Sequence record: NZ_CP023006.1
DNA from: a plasmid
Reading direction: 5' to 3' (one strand)
DNA length: 39,282 nt
Of this stretch, positions 1 through 8,432 are shown piece after piece; the first letter of the stretch is position 1; each line of letters opens with the position of its first letter. Position numbers and translations under genes: made by a program. The notes under the pieces are model-generated. The model had not been told where the DNA came from. It did no database searches and saw only the letters and a list, made by a program, of their open reading frames with translations.

Positions 1-3000
1 TGAAAAATCAGCCCGCTATTAATACAACAAAAATAGTATACCCACAAATATACGCTTATACGTTACCAACCGAGAAAGAAGATTTAGGGTGGATTAAAAT
101 TGGTTACACTGAACGTAAAAATGTTGATGATCGTATCAAAGAACAGACACATACGGCTGCCATTCGTTTAACATATTCCAAATTATGGTCAGAACCAGCC
201 AAGTTTGCTAAAAATGAGGGTTGGTTTAAAGATAAGCAATTTCATTCCTATTTGCGTCGTTATAAGAAAGTTAGTCAGCGTCAAGGAACTGAATGGTTCT
301 ATTATGATGGTCATCCGCAAAAATCACATCAAGATTTCATGGATTTTCGTAACAACCAGAAATCTCAAATTAAAGAACAGCTGACTTATCAGCTAAGACC
401 TGAGCAAGTTGCAGCAGTTCACCAAACGTTAGATTATGCCCATAATCATCCTAATAGCGAATTCTTGTGGAACGCAAAACCACGGTTTGGAAAAACTTTA
501 ACTACATATGATTTAGCTAGAAAATTAGATGCTAAAACTGTTTTAGTTGTGACTAATCGTCCTGCGGTTGCTAACTCTTGGTTTGATGATTTTGAAAAAT
601 TTATTTCTTGGCAAACTAGTTACGCTTTTATTTCGACTAATGATACTTTAAAAGATCGTCCAGTTTTAACAATAGACGAATTTAATAATGAACCATTTAG
701 TGGCAGTAAAAAAGACAAAATGATTACCTTTATTTCCTTACAAGATTTGAAGGGAGCAATTTCATTTGGTGGTAACTATGACAAGCTCAAATGGGTTAAA
801 GATTCACATTGGGATTTACTAGTTATTGATGAGAGTCATGAGGGAGTAGATACTTTTAAAACTGATATTGCTTTCAATAATATTAATCGTGACTTTACTT
901 TAAATTTATCTGGTACGCCCTTTAAAGCCGTTGCATCAGGAAAATTTAAACAAAATCAAATTTATAATTGGACTTATGCTGACGAACAACAGGCAAAAGC
1001 AAATTGGCATGATTCAGAAAAAAATAATCCTTATAGATCATTACCAAAGCTGAATCTGTTTTCTTATCAGATGAGTCCCATGATCACAGATGAAGTTAAT
1101 CAAGGAGCACAAATCAACGGAGATAATATTGACTATGCTTTTGATTTAAATGAATTTTTCGCAACCAACCAAAATGGCCATTTTATTCATGAAATGGATA
1201 TAAAAAAATGGTTAGATACCTTAACACATAACGAGAAATATCCATTCTCTACTAAAGAATTAAGGAATAAACTAAAGCATACTTTCTGGCTATTAAATCG
1301 TGTTGCCAGTGCTAAGGCGCTAGAAAAATTATTAAAAGAACATCCAGTTTTTAAAGATTATGAGATTATTTTAGCAGCTGGAGATGGGCATGGTTTTGAT
1401 GACGATCAGACCATTAATGAAAAATCACTTGATAAAGTTAAAAGAGAAATTAAAAAAAATGATAAAACTATAACGTTATCCGTTGGCCAATTGACGACTG
1501 GTGTGACTATTCCTGAGTGGACAGCCGTATTAGTATTATCTAACCTAAAATCACCCAGCCAATACATGCAAGCGGCATTTCGGGCACAAAATCCGTGGGA
1601 ACACATGGTTAATGGTCAAGTTTATCAAAAAGAAAATGCCTACGTTTTTGACTTTGCCCCTGAACGTACGTTAACTATTTATGATGAATTTGCTAACGAT
1701 TTATCAAAACAAACATCAAATGGTAACGGAACGACAAAGGACCGTGAGAAAAATATCGGGAGGTTATTGAACTTTTTCCCTGTAATTGCTGAAGATAAGC
1801 AAGGCAAGATGGTTGAATTAAACGTTAACCAGGTCCTAACTATTCCAAGAGCCATTAAAGCTCAAGAAGTAGTTCGACGTGGTTTTATGTCTAATTTGTT
1901 GTTTGCAAATATATCAGGAATTTTTGCTTCAGCAGGGGCACGAGAAATATTGGAACAATTAAATCCGGTTGACACTGGTAAAAAAGTTTCGCATAAGACT
2001 GAAAAGAAAATCGATACAAGAAATGTCAAAGTCAACGATAAGGGTGAAGTTGAAGTCAATCCAGAAATTGTTGTAGCTAAAACGTCGGCCCATTTTGGTG
2101 AGAAAGTTTACGGCGATATAACTGATAAAATCGAACAAGCGTCAAATCAAGATATCAATTTGGTCAAACTTACTTCAGATACATTCAAGAAAAAAACTTT
2201 AGCAGCAGCAAAGAATATTGCTAAAGAAAATGGTTTGACTGCTACAACAGCAGAACATATTATCCAGCAACATTCAAATTTTTTGGCGCGTGAAGTTCAA
2301 GTTATTCAAAAACAAAAGAATATAAAAGAAGCTCAAAATAAAGTAGATTTAAAGCAAGCTATTGAAAAATCTCAAGATAATCCTGAAGAAATTGCTAAAG
2401 CTCAGACAGCGTTTGAAAATAGAAAACAACAAATTGAAAGGGGGTATAAAGAAAAATTAACCAAAAAAGTTGCTGATCAGACAAAACAACTAACCAATCA
2501 AACAACTGAAACCTTGTTAAAAAAGGCAGAAGAAAAGAAGAAAAATACGGTTGAGGATGATATTCGAGCACGTTTGCGTGGCTTTGCTCGCACTATTCCT
2601 TCATTTTTGATGGCTTATGGTGCATCCACTACAGAACTAGCTAATTTTGATCAAAATATAAAAGGTGATGTTTTCAAAGAGGTAACAGGTATCACACTTG
2701 ATCAGTTCCGATCCTTACGCGATACGTATCATTTTTTCGATGAAACAACATTTAATGAATCCGTTCAAGAATTTTTAAGAAAAAGATCTCAACTTGCTAA
2801 TTATTTTGACGAATCACAAGATGAGGACATTTTTGATTATGTTCCAGCCCAGAAGACCAATCAAATATTTACTCCAAAGAGAGTCGTTAAATTGATGCTT
2901 GATAAGCTTGAAGAGGAAGAGCCTAACATCTTTAAAGACAAAAACAAAACTTTTGTTGATTTGTACGTTAAATCTGGATTGTATTTAACCGAAATCATCA

Positions 3001-4232
3001 AACGTCTTTATATTGGTCTGGAAGATCAAATACCTGAGTCAAATGAACGTTTGACTCATATCTTAGAAAAACAGATTTATGGTTTTGCTCCAAGCAATAT
3101 TATTTATAGCATTGCAAAGAACTTTGTTTTTTCACCCTTTCCAAATTTAGATAATTCACATTTAAAACAGTTAGATATGATTCCTTATGCCAAAAGAGAG
3201 AAGAGGCTGGATATGAAATTTGACGTAGTGGTGGGAAATCCACCTTATCAGGAAACAGCAAATGGTAAAAGTACTAAAGACGTTCCAGTTTATAATTACT
3301 TTTATGATTTAGCAGAAAGAGTTTCAACAAAATATATTTTAATTTCTCCAGCTCGTTTCTTATTTAATGCCGGCAGTACCGATAAAAAATGGAATAAGAA
3401 GATGCTTTCAAATAAACATATAAAGGTTGTTTTTTATGAGCAAGATGCAGCAAAGATTTTTCCAAATACCGATATTAAGGGTGGGATTGCTATCCTATAT
3501 AGAAATAAAGATAAAGATTTCGGAAACATTGGATTGTTTACTCCTTTTGAAGAATTAGATTCCATCTCTAATAAAGTATCTAAGTTGACATATCGGACAC
3601 TAGACGAAATTATTTCTAATCGTGGTCAATATAGATTTTCAGATTTAATTTACAAAGAATATCCGAATGATATGAAGAAAATTTCAGACAGAAGAATCGC
3701 TTCTAACGCGTTTAATAACCTCCCAAATTTATTTACAGAAAAAGAACCACACAATAAGTTCAATTATATAAGGATATTAGGTCGTTTAGACAATCAACGC
3801 ATTTATAGGTGGTTTAGGCGCGATTATTTACAAGAACCCATAACTTTTGAAAAATGGAAAATAATACTACCTAAAGCTAATGGAAGTGGGGCAATTGGAG
3901 AAGTATTAAGTACACCCCTAATCGGTAAACCCCTAATCGGGTTTACCGAGACTTTTATTTCAATTGGTGTTTTTGATAATAAGTTAGAAGCTCAAAATGC
4001 TCTAAAATATGTCCAAAGTAAATTTGCACGAACTATGCTGGGAATTTTAAAAATTACACAGGACAATCCAAAGGATAAGTGGTCAAAGGTTCCTCTTCAA
4101 GACTTCACACAAAATTCAGATATAGATTGGACTAAGTCAATATCTGATATTGATCAGCAACTTTATAAAAAATATGGACTAAATCAAAAAGAAATTAATT
4201 TTATTGAAAATAAAGTTAAATCAATGAATTAA
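1..4232 (+). CDS. Large multidomain protein, copy A: T5orf172/GIY-YIG-like N-domain + SF2 DExH helicase + coiled coil + gamma-class N6-adenine DNA methyltransferase + TRD-like C-terminus. 5'-partial at the window edge; the start codon G lies at base 39282.
   Basis: In frame from base 3 (aaa aat cag = KNQ), identical to the 1410-aa ORFs at 13094 and 26188. The six-frame track shows only the 252..4232 portion because the window boundary cuts the start codon. Confidence 0.9.
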   Translation, partial: KNQPAINTTKIVYPQIYAYTLPTEKEDLGWIKIGYTERKNVDDRIKEQTHTAAIRLTYSKLWSEPAKFAKNEGWFKDKQFHSYLRRYKKVSQRQGTEWFYYDGHPQKSHQDFMDFRNNQKSQIKEQLTYQLRPEQVAAVHQTLDYAHNHPNSEFLWNAKPRFGKTLTTYDLARKLDAKTVLVVTNRPAVANSWFDDFEKFISWQTSYAFISTNDTLKDRPVLTIDEFNNEPFSGSKKDKMITFISLQDLKGAISFGGNYDKLKWVKDSHWDLLVIDESHEGVDTFKTDIAFNNINRDFTLNLSGTPFKAVASGKFKQNQIYNWTYADEQQAKANWHDSEKNNPYRSLPKLNLFSYQMSPMITDEVNQGAQINGDNIDYAFDLNEFFATNQNGHFIHEMDIKKWLDTLTHNEKYPFSTKELRNKLKHTFWLLNRVASAKALEKLLKEHPVFKDYEIILAAGDGHGFDDDQTINEKSLDKVKREIKKNDKTITLSVGQLTTGVTIPEWTAVLVLSNLKSPSQYMQAAFRAQNPWEHMVNGQVYQKENAYVFDFAPERTLTIYDEFANDLSKQTSNGNGTTKDREKNIGRLLNFFPVIAEDKQGKMVELNVNQVLTIPRAIKAQEVVRRGFMSNLLFANISGIFASAGAREILEQLNPVDTGKKVSHKTEKKIDTRNVKVNDKGEVEVNPEIVVAKTSAHFGEKVYGDITDKIEQASNQDINLVKLTSDTFKKKTLAAAKNIAKENGLTATTAEHIIQQHSNFLAREVQVIQKQKNIKEAQNKVDLKQAIEKSQDNPEEIAKAQTAFENRKQQIERGYKEKLTKKVADQTKQLTNQTTETLLKKAEEKKKNTVEDDIRARLRGFARTIPSFLMAYGASTTELANFDQNIKGDVFKEVTGITLDQFRSLRDTYHFFDETTFNESVQEFLRKRSQLANYFDESQDEDIFDYVPAQKTNQIFTPKRVVKLMLDKLEEEEPNIFKDKNKTFVDLYVKSGLYLTEIIKRLYIGLEDQIPESNERLTHILEKQIYGFAPSNIIYSIAKNFVFSPFPNLDNSHLKQLDMIPYAKREKRLDMKFDVVVGNPPYQETANGKSTKDVPVYNYFYDLAERVSTKYILISPARFLFNAGSTDKKWNKKMLSNKHIKVVFYEQDAAKIFPNTDIKGGIAILYRNKDKDFGNIGLFTPFEELDSISNKVSKLTYRTLDEIISNRGQYRFSDLIYKEYPNDMKKISDRRIASNAFNNLPNLFTEKEPHNKFNYIRILGRLDNQRIYRWFRRDYLQEPITFEKWKIILPKANGSGAIGEVLSTPLIGKPLIGFTETFISIGVFDNKLEAQNALKYVQSKFARTMLGILKITQDNPKDKWSKVPLQDFTQNSDIDWTKSISDIDQQLYKKYGLNQKEINFIENKVKSMN

Positions 4233-4252
4233 AGGCCAATAAGGAGGAAAAA

Positions 4253-5230
4253 ATGAACTTTACAGAGAAAAAATTAAAGTCTTTCTCGATGCCACTCAGT
4301 GATACAGAAGATCAAAAATGTAAGCATGCTATTCAAGAAGTTAGAAATTCTATGGCTAACTTGGGATTTGAGGAGTCTTCTAATGGAATAACTCGTGTAT
4401 TTGACAATACTAGTTCCTATCAAACATTCATGAAAAATAATGAATCGGGCGAAAAAATCAAAATTTTTCTCCAGGGATCCTATGCAAATAATACTAATAT
4501 CAAAGCAGAAAGTGACGTTGATGTTGCTATAGTAAGAGAAGAAATTTTTAACACACTTTTTCGTAGTGAAGGAGTATACCCTCAAAATAATGAAACGTTT
4601 GGATTTTATAATGTACCACAAAAGCCAATAACATTTAAAGATCGTGTAGACACATGCTTAAGAGCTAGCTTTCACGAGCAAGTAATAAGACATAATAAGT
4701 CAATTAGGGTTTTGGGAAATAGTTACAGAAAAAATGCTGACACAGTCCCAGCTAATCGTTACAGAAACTATCAAGGAAACTATTCAAATGATCCTGAAGA
4801 CTATGTTGGAGGGATAATAATTAAACCAGATTATGGAACTTCTATAATTAATTATCCAGAACAACATATACGCATGGGAAGGCAGAAAAACATAGCAACA
4901 AATCATTTTTATAAAAAACAAGTTAGAATAATGAAAAGCATTAAAAACTTAATGACTGATGAGGGATATACATCCGCACAAAAAATGTCATCTTTTGGTT
5001 TGGAGTCATTAACTTGGAATATACCTGATAACATTTTCACTAAATATGACCAGCTAAGATTTGTTTTCGATGATATTGTTATCTATTTGACCGACCATGC
5101 AGATAATGTAGCTAACTTTAAAGAGGCAAATGGTATAAAAAGACTTTGTAATGATGAAAATCAAGTTACGGATTATCTAAACTTTATTTCGGATTTAAAA
5201 TCATTCTATGAATTTGAAATAGGAGATTAG
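4253..5230 (+). CDS. cGAS/DncV-like nucleotidyltransferase (SMODS / CD-NTase-like), 325 aa
   Basis: RBS AAGGAGG 7 nt upstream of the ATG. Motifs: Q74-G75-S76 (hQGS) then 11 residues then S87-D88-V-D90-V, i.e. the GS-x9-13-[DE]h[DE]h pol-beta NTase signature. Third carboxylate in A-D163-T-V-P-A (hDhVPA-type). The size and an inferred helical C-terminal half fit CD-NTase/SMODS and not a 100-140-aa MNT antitoxin. Confidence 0.75.
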   Translation: MNFTEKKLKSFSMPLSDTEDQKCKHAIQEVRNSMANLGFEESSNGITRVFDNTSSYQTFMKNNESGEKIKIFLQGSYANNTNIKAESDVDVAIVREEIFNTLFRSEGVYPQNNETFGFYNVPQKPITFKDRVDTCLRASFHEQVIRHNKSIRVLGNSYRKNADTVPANRYRNYQGNYSNDPEDYVGGIIIKPDYGTSIINYPEQHIRMGRQKNIATNHFYKKQVRIMKSIKNLMTDEGYTSAQKMSSFGLESLTWNIPDNIFTKYDQLRFVFDDIVIYLTDHADNVANFKEANGIKRLCNDENQVTDYLNFISDLKSFYEFEIGD

Positions 5231-5231
5231 A

Positions 5232-5792
5232 ATGAAAAGTGAAGAGAAAGGACTTATTAAATATAGTGTTACTATAGGAATTATTGTTTTTGTTGTTCTT
5301 TGTGTTACACATAATTTGAATATTAGACTAAATACATTGAAGTCTATTACGGATTACGCGGGAGATTCTATATCTATTAGTGTAATTTTTGCATTTTTTT
5401 ATGAAAAATATATTTGGCGTTGGAATCCATTTGAAAAACATCCGAGACTTGCTAAAAAATATTCTGGTTATCTTATTTCAACCTTTGATGATAAAAAAAG
5501 AACACTCGAACTAGACTTGAAACAAACTTTAATGACTTGCAAAGTACATCAAAAAACTGAAGAAAGCGACAGCGATGCAATTAATACAAATATAATAGAT
5601 ATAAATGGACGAAGTGCCCTTGTTTACACCTATTTAAATGTTCCAAGGCTAAATGTCCGAGAAAGAAGCCCTATACATTATGGAAGTGCTATTCTTTTTA
5701 TTAACAGTCAAGAAAAACTTAATGGAGGATACTTTACTGATAGGAAAACGACCGGTCAGATAACTGCTGAGAAAAAGATTAAACCGATTTAA
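5232..5792 (+). CDS. Two-TM effector protein (Cap15-like: 2 N-terminal TM helices + beta-rich C-terminal domain), 186 aa
   Basis: Start is 1 nt after the NTase stop, with RBS AGGAGA. TM1 is about aa 11-29 (YSVTIGIIVFVVLCVTHNL) and TM2 about aa 48-63 (ISISVIFAFFYEKYIW). The C-terminal about 120 aa has alternating hydrophobic patterns (beta-rich). Its position directly after a CD-NTase matches the type I CBASS effector slot. Confidence 0.6.
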   Translation: MKSEEKGLIKYSVTIGIIVFVVLCVTHNLNIRLNTLKSITDYAGDSISISVIFAFFYEKYIWRWNPFEKHPRLAKKYSGYLISTFDDKKRTLELDLKQTLMTCKVHQKTEESDSDAINTNIIDINGRSALVYTYLNVPRLNVRERSPIHYGSAILFINSQEKLNGGYFTDRKTTGQITAEKKIKPI

Positions 5793-5871
5793 GTAATAAC
5801 TTATAAAAAATTCATAATATTTAATTACATTAGGGGCCATAATTAACAAATACCCCCTTGAAAAGACCGAT

Positions 5872-5918
5872 AAAACAGCCCCTAACAAATCAACTTGGTT
5901 TGTTAGGGGCTGTTTTTT
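5872..5918. terminator. Strong bidirectional rho-independent terminator
   Basis: Perfect 18-bp stem aaaacagcccctaacaaa / tttgttaggggctgtttt with a 9-nt loop. Flanked by an A-run on the left and a T-run on the right. Lies 80 nt after the effector stop. Confidence 0.85.
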
Positions 5919-5984
5919 AGATTATACTTAAAATAACGCCTATAATGGTTGGATTCTAATGCTTAAAAAAGAGGTGACTAGGTT

Positions 5985-6257
5985 ATGGTGCAATAACTTG
6001 TTTTACCAATCAAAGATTCTAACGTCCTAACAAGTGTCCAGGAGACGCTGTTGGATAGTTTTCGAGCTGGTCGGCGTAATTACACCATTTTTCAACTGGG
6101 TAAAGCGACCTTACTACGGGTCAGTGATGTCATGCAGCTGAAAAAGGTTGATGTCTTTAACGCCGATGGTACGATTAAGCAAAATACGTTTATCCTCGAC
6201 CAAAAAACGGGTAAAGCTAACACTCTTTATCTCAAACCAGTGCAGACTGTATATTAA
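5985..6257 (+). pseudogene. Tyrosine recombinase pseudogene fragment (N-terminal about 90 codons only; premature TAA at codon 4, 3'-truncated)
   Basis: ATG at 5985 with RBS GAGGTGA. It reads M V Q * then LVLPIKDSNVLTSVQETLLDSFRAGRRNYTIFQLGKATLLRVSDVMQLKK..., which parallels the intact recombinase at 8433 (MQQVVLPIKDSNVLKEVQDTLLNNFKAGRRNYTVFQVGKATLLRVSDVMRLKQ...). It ends at KPVQTVY*, where it abuts the 3' end of the convergent mrr gene. About 70-75% nt identity to the intact copy. Confidence 0.8.
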
Positions 6258-7243
6258 TCTTTTGGAAATATTTTTTCATTGATAACAACGACTGTTTTTT
6301 CGCTAATGCCCATTCTATATTCAAATAATAAATCTACTAATTCATCACCATCAACTAAGGTAATTAAATTAGCTCCTTGACGCGATCTACTGACAGCATC
6401 ATTTGTATAGGTAGAAGTCGTTACAAATATCCCTCTGTCTGCATTATGACCACTAATGGTACCAGCAAAATTACTGATATCTGGTCCTGTAACCGGACCT
6501 TTTGTAAATCGCTTAGTTTGTAACACAATTTTATATGTCATCAACTCAGGGGTTCTTAAATAACCTATGCCATCAATGCCACTATCTCCTGTTTTTGAAG
6601 TGGTATCCATTTTAATGCCTATTTTTCGCATAAGATTTACAATCAATTCTTCAAACTTATATGGATTCATTTCACTCAATCGCTGTAATAATTGATCTCG
6701 CCATAATTCAGAATCATCTGTTTCTTCTACAATGTCTTCGTCCAGATTGGCAATATTGACATTTGAAGATGATAGTATTTCATCTTTCTTTTTTTGATTA
6801 TTTAGCTTCTTTTTTTGCCAAACAGGAGTAGATATTGAGTATACATCGTCCCATACATCAAAGTTATTTATATCAACGTCTTCTCCCATCTGTGTCAAGG
6901 CCCATACTCCCCACTGTGGTGAATAAAGTAATCCGGCTTTCTTTAAATTAGACATAGACCACTGCAATCTAAAATCTAACTGACTTTGACCATTACTAGA
7001 CTTTTTCTCTCTATCTGCATCTGTAAAATAAGGATATTCAACAGCCTTTTCTTTGACAAGAGCAGCTTTAGTTGGCCCCCCATAAGACTGTAATGCTTGT
7101 AAAATAGCCACTACACCAAACTTCTCCATATAGTTCAAGTTTTTATTAGAATTCACGAAGCTGAGCCAATTCTTAGGCATATCAGCTTCCAATTCTGTTA
7201 TTTTACGAGTGATTCCGAAATGATCATACGCTAAATCTACCAT
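6254..7243 (-). CDS. mrr: Mrr-family type IV (modification-dependent) restriction endonuclease
   Basis: C-terminal Mrr_cat-like region with TGDSGIDGIGY (the GDGGIDG-type motif) and an N-terminal winged-helix-like region. Preferred start is ATG at 7243 (rc), with AAGGATGG about 10 nt upstream and a minus-strand TATAAT -10 at 7274-7279. The tool's ORF extends to a GTG at 7282 that has no RBS. Confidence 0.8.
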   Translation of the reverse strand: MVDLAYDHFGITRKITELEADMPKNWLSFVNSNKNLNYMEKFGVVAILQALQSYGGPTKAALVKEKAVEYPYFTDADREKKSSNGQSQLDFRLQWSMSNLKKAGLLYSPQWGVWALTQMGEDVDINNFDVWDDVYSISTPVWQKKKLNNQKKKDEILSSSNVNIANLDEDIVEETDDSELWRDQLLQRLSEMNPYKFEELIVNLMRKIGIKMDTTSKTGDSGIDGIGYLRTPELMTYKIVLQTKRFTKGPVTGPDISNFAGTISGHNADRGIFVTTSTYTNDAVSRSRQGANLITLVDGDELVDLLFEYRMGISEKTVVVINEKIFPKD

Positions 7244-7655
7244 GTTTAATCCATCCTTATAAATTTTATTTTTATTATACACTTACGTTTACAGATTATT
7301 TTAATGTGGTTAAGCTGACACCAGCTTGCCCGACGCGGGTAGCGTTCTGCATGACATGCTCCCGATGAAATCGACCATGCAACGGTAAATTGCCCTGTCA
7401 CGGCGTGACCCGCCGGAGGTTTTACGAGCCGGATAATAGGCGCTGTAAAATAGCAGTTTTCCCAGAAGGAAGGGAAAACGCTACTGTAATCGCTTGTCGA
7501 TTACTTGCCTCGCAGAGCCTGTCCAAAATATTATTTTGGTATAACAGGCTATACCAGATTTTTAACGGTGTTATACTGGTCTTGGAAAACCTTTTTCGAG
7601 GAGGCATTTTTGATGGCGCATTTACAAAATCGCCCCTCAAAAATATTGAAAGAAT

Positions 7656-7700
7656 AACCCCTAATATCTATAATGCAGATATTAGGGGTTATTTATTTTC
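7656..7700. terminator. Bidirectional intrinsic terminator downstream of the toxin gene
   Basis: 14-bp stem aacccctaatatct / agatattaggggtt with a 7-nt loop and T-rich flanks on both strands. Lies 22 nt beyond the minus-strand toxin stop. Confidence 0.7.
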
Positions 7701-7721
7701 ATATTATAAAAATGACTTCTT

Positions 7722-8078
7722 CTATTCGTCATTTTTTCGATACCTTTTAGAACGATTTTGACCAGGAAATAAACGATCATGCGATCCGACTCGAATGCCA
7801 ATTAAGACTAGTTCATCTTTATCAATCGTATAAACCACCAGGACATCGTTAGTTTCGCTTGGTGTTTTGTTTTTCGGGGTATCTCGCAAGTGAAATTCAT
7901 TATAACCGCTCATTCGCCGATTAAGCTCATGATCTTCAAATTCTGGTGGTAATTGTTGTTGCTCAAGCAACAGGTCAATGGCTGCTCGAACTTCATTAAT
8001 AATAGATTTGTCTAAACTGGCTAACCGTTTTAGATCAGCATTAAAGGTTGCACGTGGTTTAAATCTTAGTTTTTTCAT
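7722..8078 (-). CDS. Type II toxin, RelE/ParE superfamily (YafQ/RelE-like mRNA interferase), 118 aa
   Basis: C-terminal VLVVYTIDKDELVLIGIRVGSHDRLF matches the RelE/YafQ-type ending (..LLIY.I.dd.L.L.RTGTHSDLF). The start ATG overlaps the antitoxin stop (TAATG). Gene order is antitoxin then toxin. Confidence 0.7.
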   Translation of the reverse strand: MKKLRFKPRATFNADLKRLASLDKSIINEVRAAIDLLLEQQQLPPEFEDHELNRRMSGYNEFHLRDTPKNKTPSETNDVLVVYTIDKDELVLIGIRVGSHDRLFPGQNRSKRYRKNDE

Positions 8079-8365
8079 TATTTAAACTGGCCCCAATAAT
8101 CATCATCTGATTCAACAATTTCATCGTCAGGTAAAACATGGCGTTTAATTAACTGATCACGTGCAATTGCATATTCTAACGAACCTTCTTTAGCTTTTAA
8201 TGCTCTTTCTAGCCACTCCATTTTTTCTTGTGAAACAATGGCTACTGCGCGACTATTTGAACGAGCAATATAAACGGTTTCGTCTTCGTCATTAACTTGA
8301 TCTAAATATTTTTTTAGGTTAGCGCGAAAATCGCTCTGTGTTAATGCTAATGTCATATTTACCAC
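8078..8365 (-). CDS. Phd/YefM-family antitoxin, 95 aa
   Basis: N-terminal pattern TQSDFRANLKKYLDQV...ETVYIARSN.RAVAIVSQE is typical of Phd/YefM. Acidic C-terminal tail (DDEIVESDDDYW). Translationally coupled to the downstream toxin. Confidence 0.75.
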   Translation of the reverse strand: MVNMTLALTQSDFRANLKKYLDQVNDEDETVYIARSNSRAVAIVSQEKMEWLERALKAKEGSLEYAIARDQLIKRHVLPDDEIVESDDDYWGQFK

Positions 8366-8432
8366 CCTTTCATTGTACTTAATATTGTACTTTAATTTGT
8401 ACTAAAAATCAATTTTTTAAGGAGCTAAAACT
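8366..8432. promoter_or_regulatory. Divergent promoter/operator region between the TA operon (-) and the recombinase (+), with three TTGTACT repeats at 12-bp spacing
   Basis: TGTAC at 8374, 8386 and 8398 (GTAC-core operators are typical for YefM/Phd autoregulation). Minus strand: -35 TTGATT, 17-nt spacer, -10 TACAAT, RBS AGGGTGG. Plus strand: RBS AAGGAG before ATG 8433. Confidence 0.55.

Noticed and set aside
1406-2059. Minus-strand ORFs of 66 and 65 aa (also at 14500 and 14956, and at 27594 and 28050)
   Set aside because: Fully embedded antisense within the helicase domain of the large, well-supported + strand gene. Cys- and Leu-rich low-complexity translations. No RBS.
4274-4621. 115-aa minus-strand ORF
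   Set aside because: Antisense to the NTase gene's 5' region. Biased Phe/Ile/Cys-rich translation typical of an AT-rich antisense frame.
4253-5230. NTase as the MNT (HepT/MNT) antitoxin-type minimal nucleotidyltransferase
   Set aside because: MNT proteins are about 100-140 aa. This protein is 325 aa, with the third-Asp hDhVPA motif and a long inferred helical C-terminal half. It is followed by a membrane effector, not a HEPN toxin.
5649-5888. 79-aa minus-strand ORF
   Set aside because: Overlaps the effector gene's 3' end and runs through the terminator hairpin. No start signals.
6051-6257. 68-aa ORF as an independent small gene
   Set aside because: It is the in-frame continuation of a recombinase 5' fragment that begins at ATG 5985 and is interrupted by TAA at codon 4. 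It is better explained as a pseudogene.
7244-7282. GTG at 7282 as the mrr start (tool ORF 6254..7282)
   Set aside because: No SD upstream of the GTG. An in-frame ATG at 7243 has AAGGATGG at correct spacing, and a TATAAT -10 lies between the two, so 7243 is the more plausible start.
7390-7761. 123-aa plus-strand ORF and 72-aa minus-strand ORF (7422..7640)
   Set aside because: Both lie in the GC-rich structured island. Their translations are Arg- and Phe-rich without motifs. The + ORF runs through the terminator hairpin and overlaps the toxin gene end. Likely non-coding.
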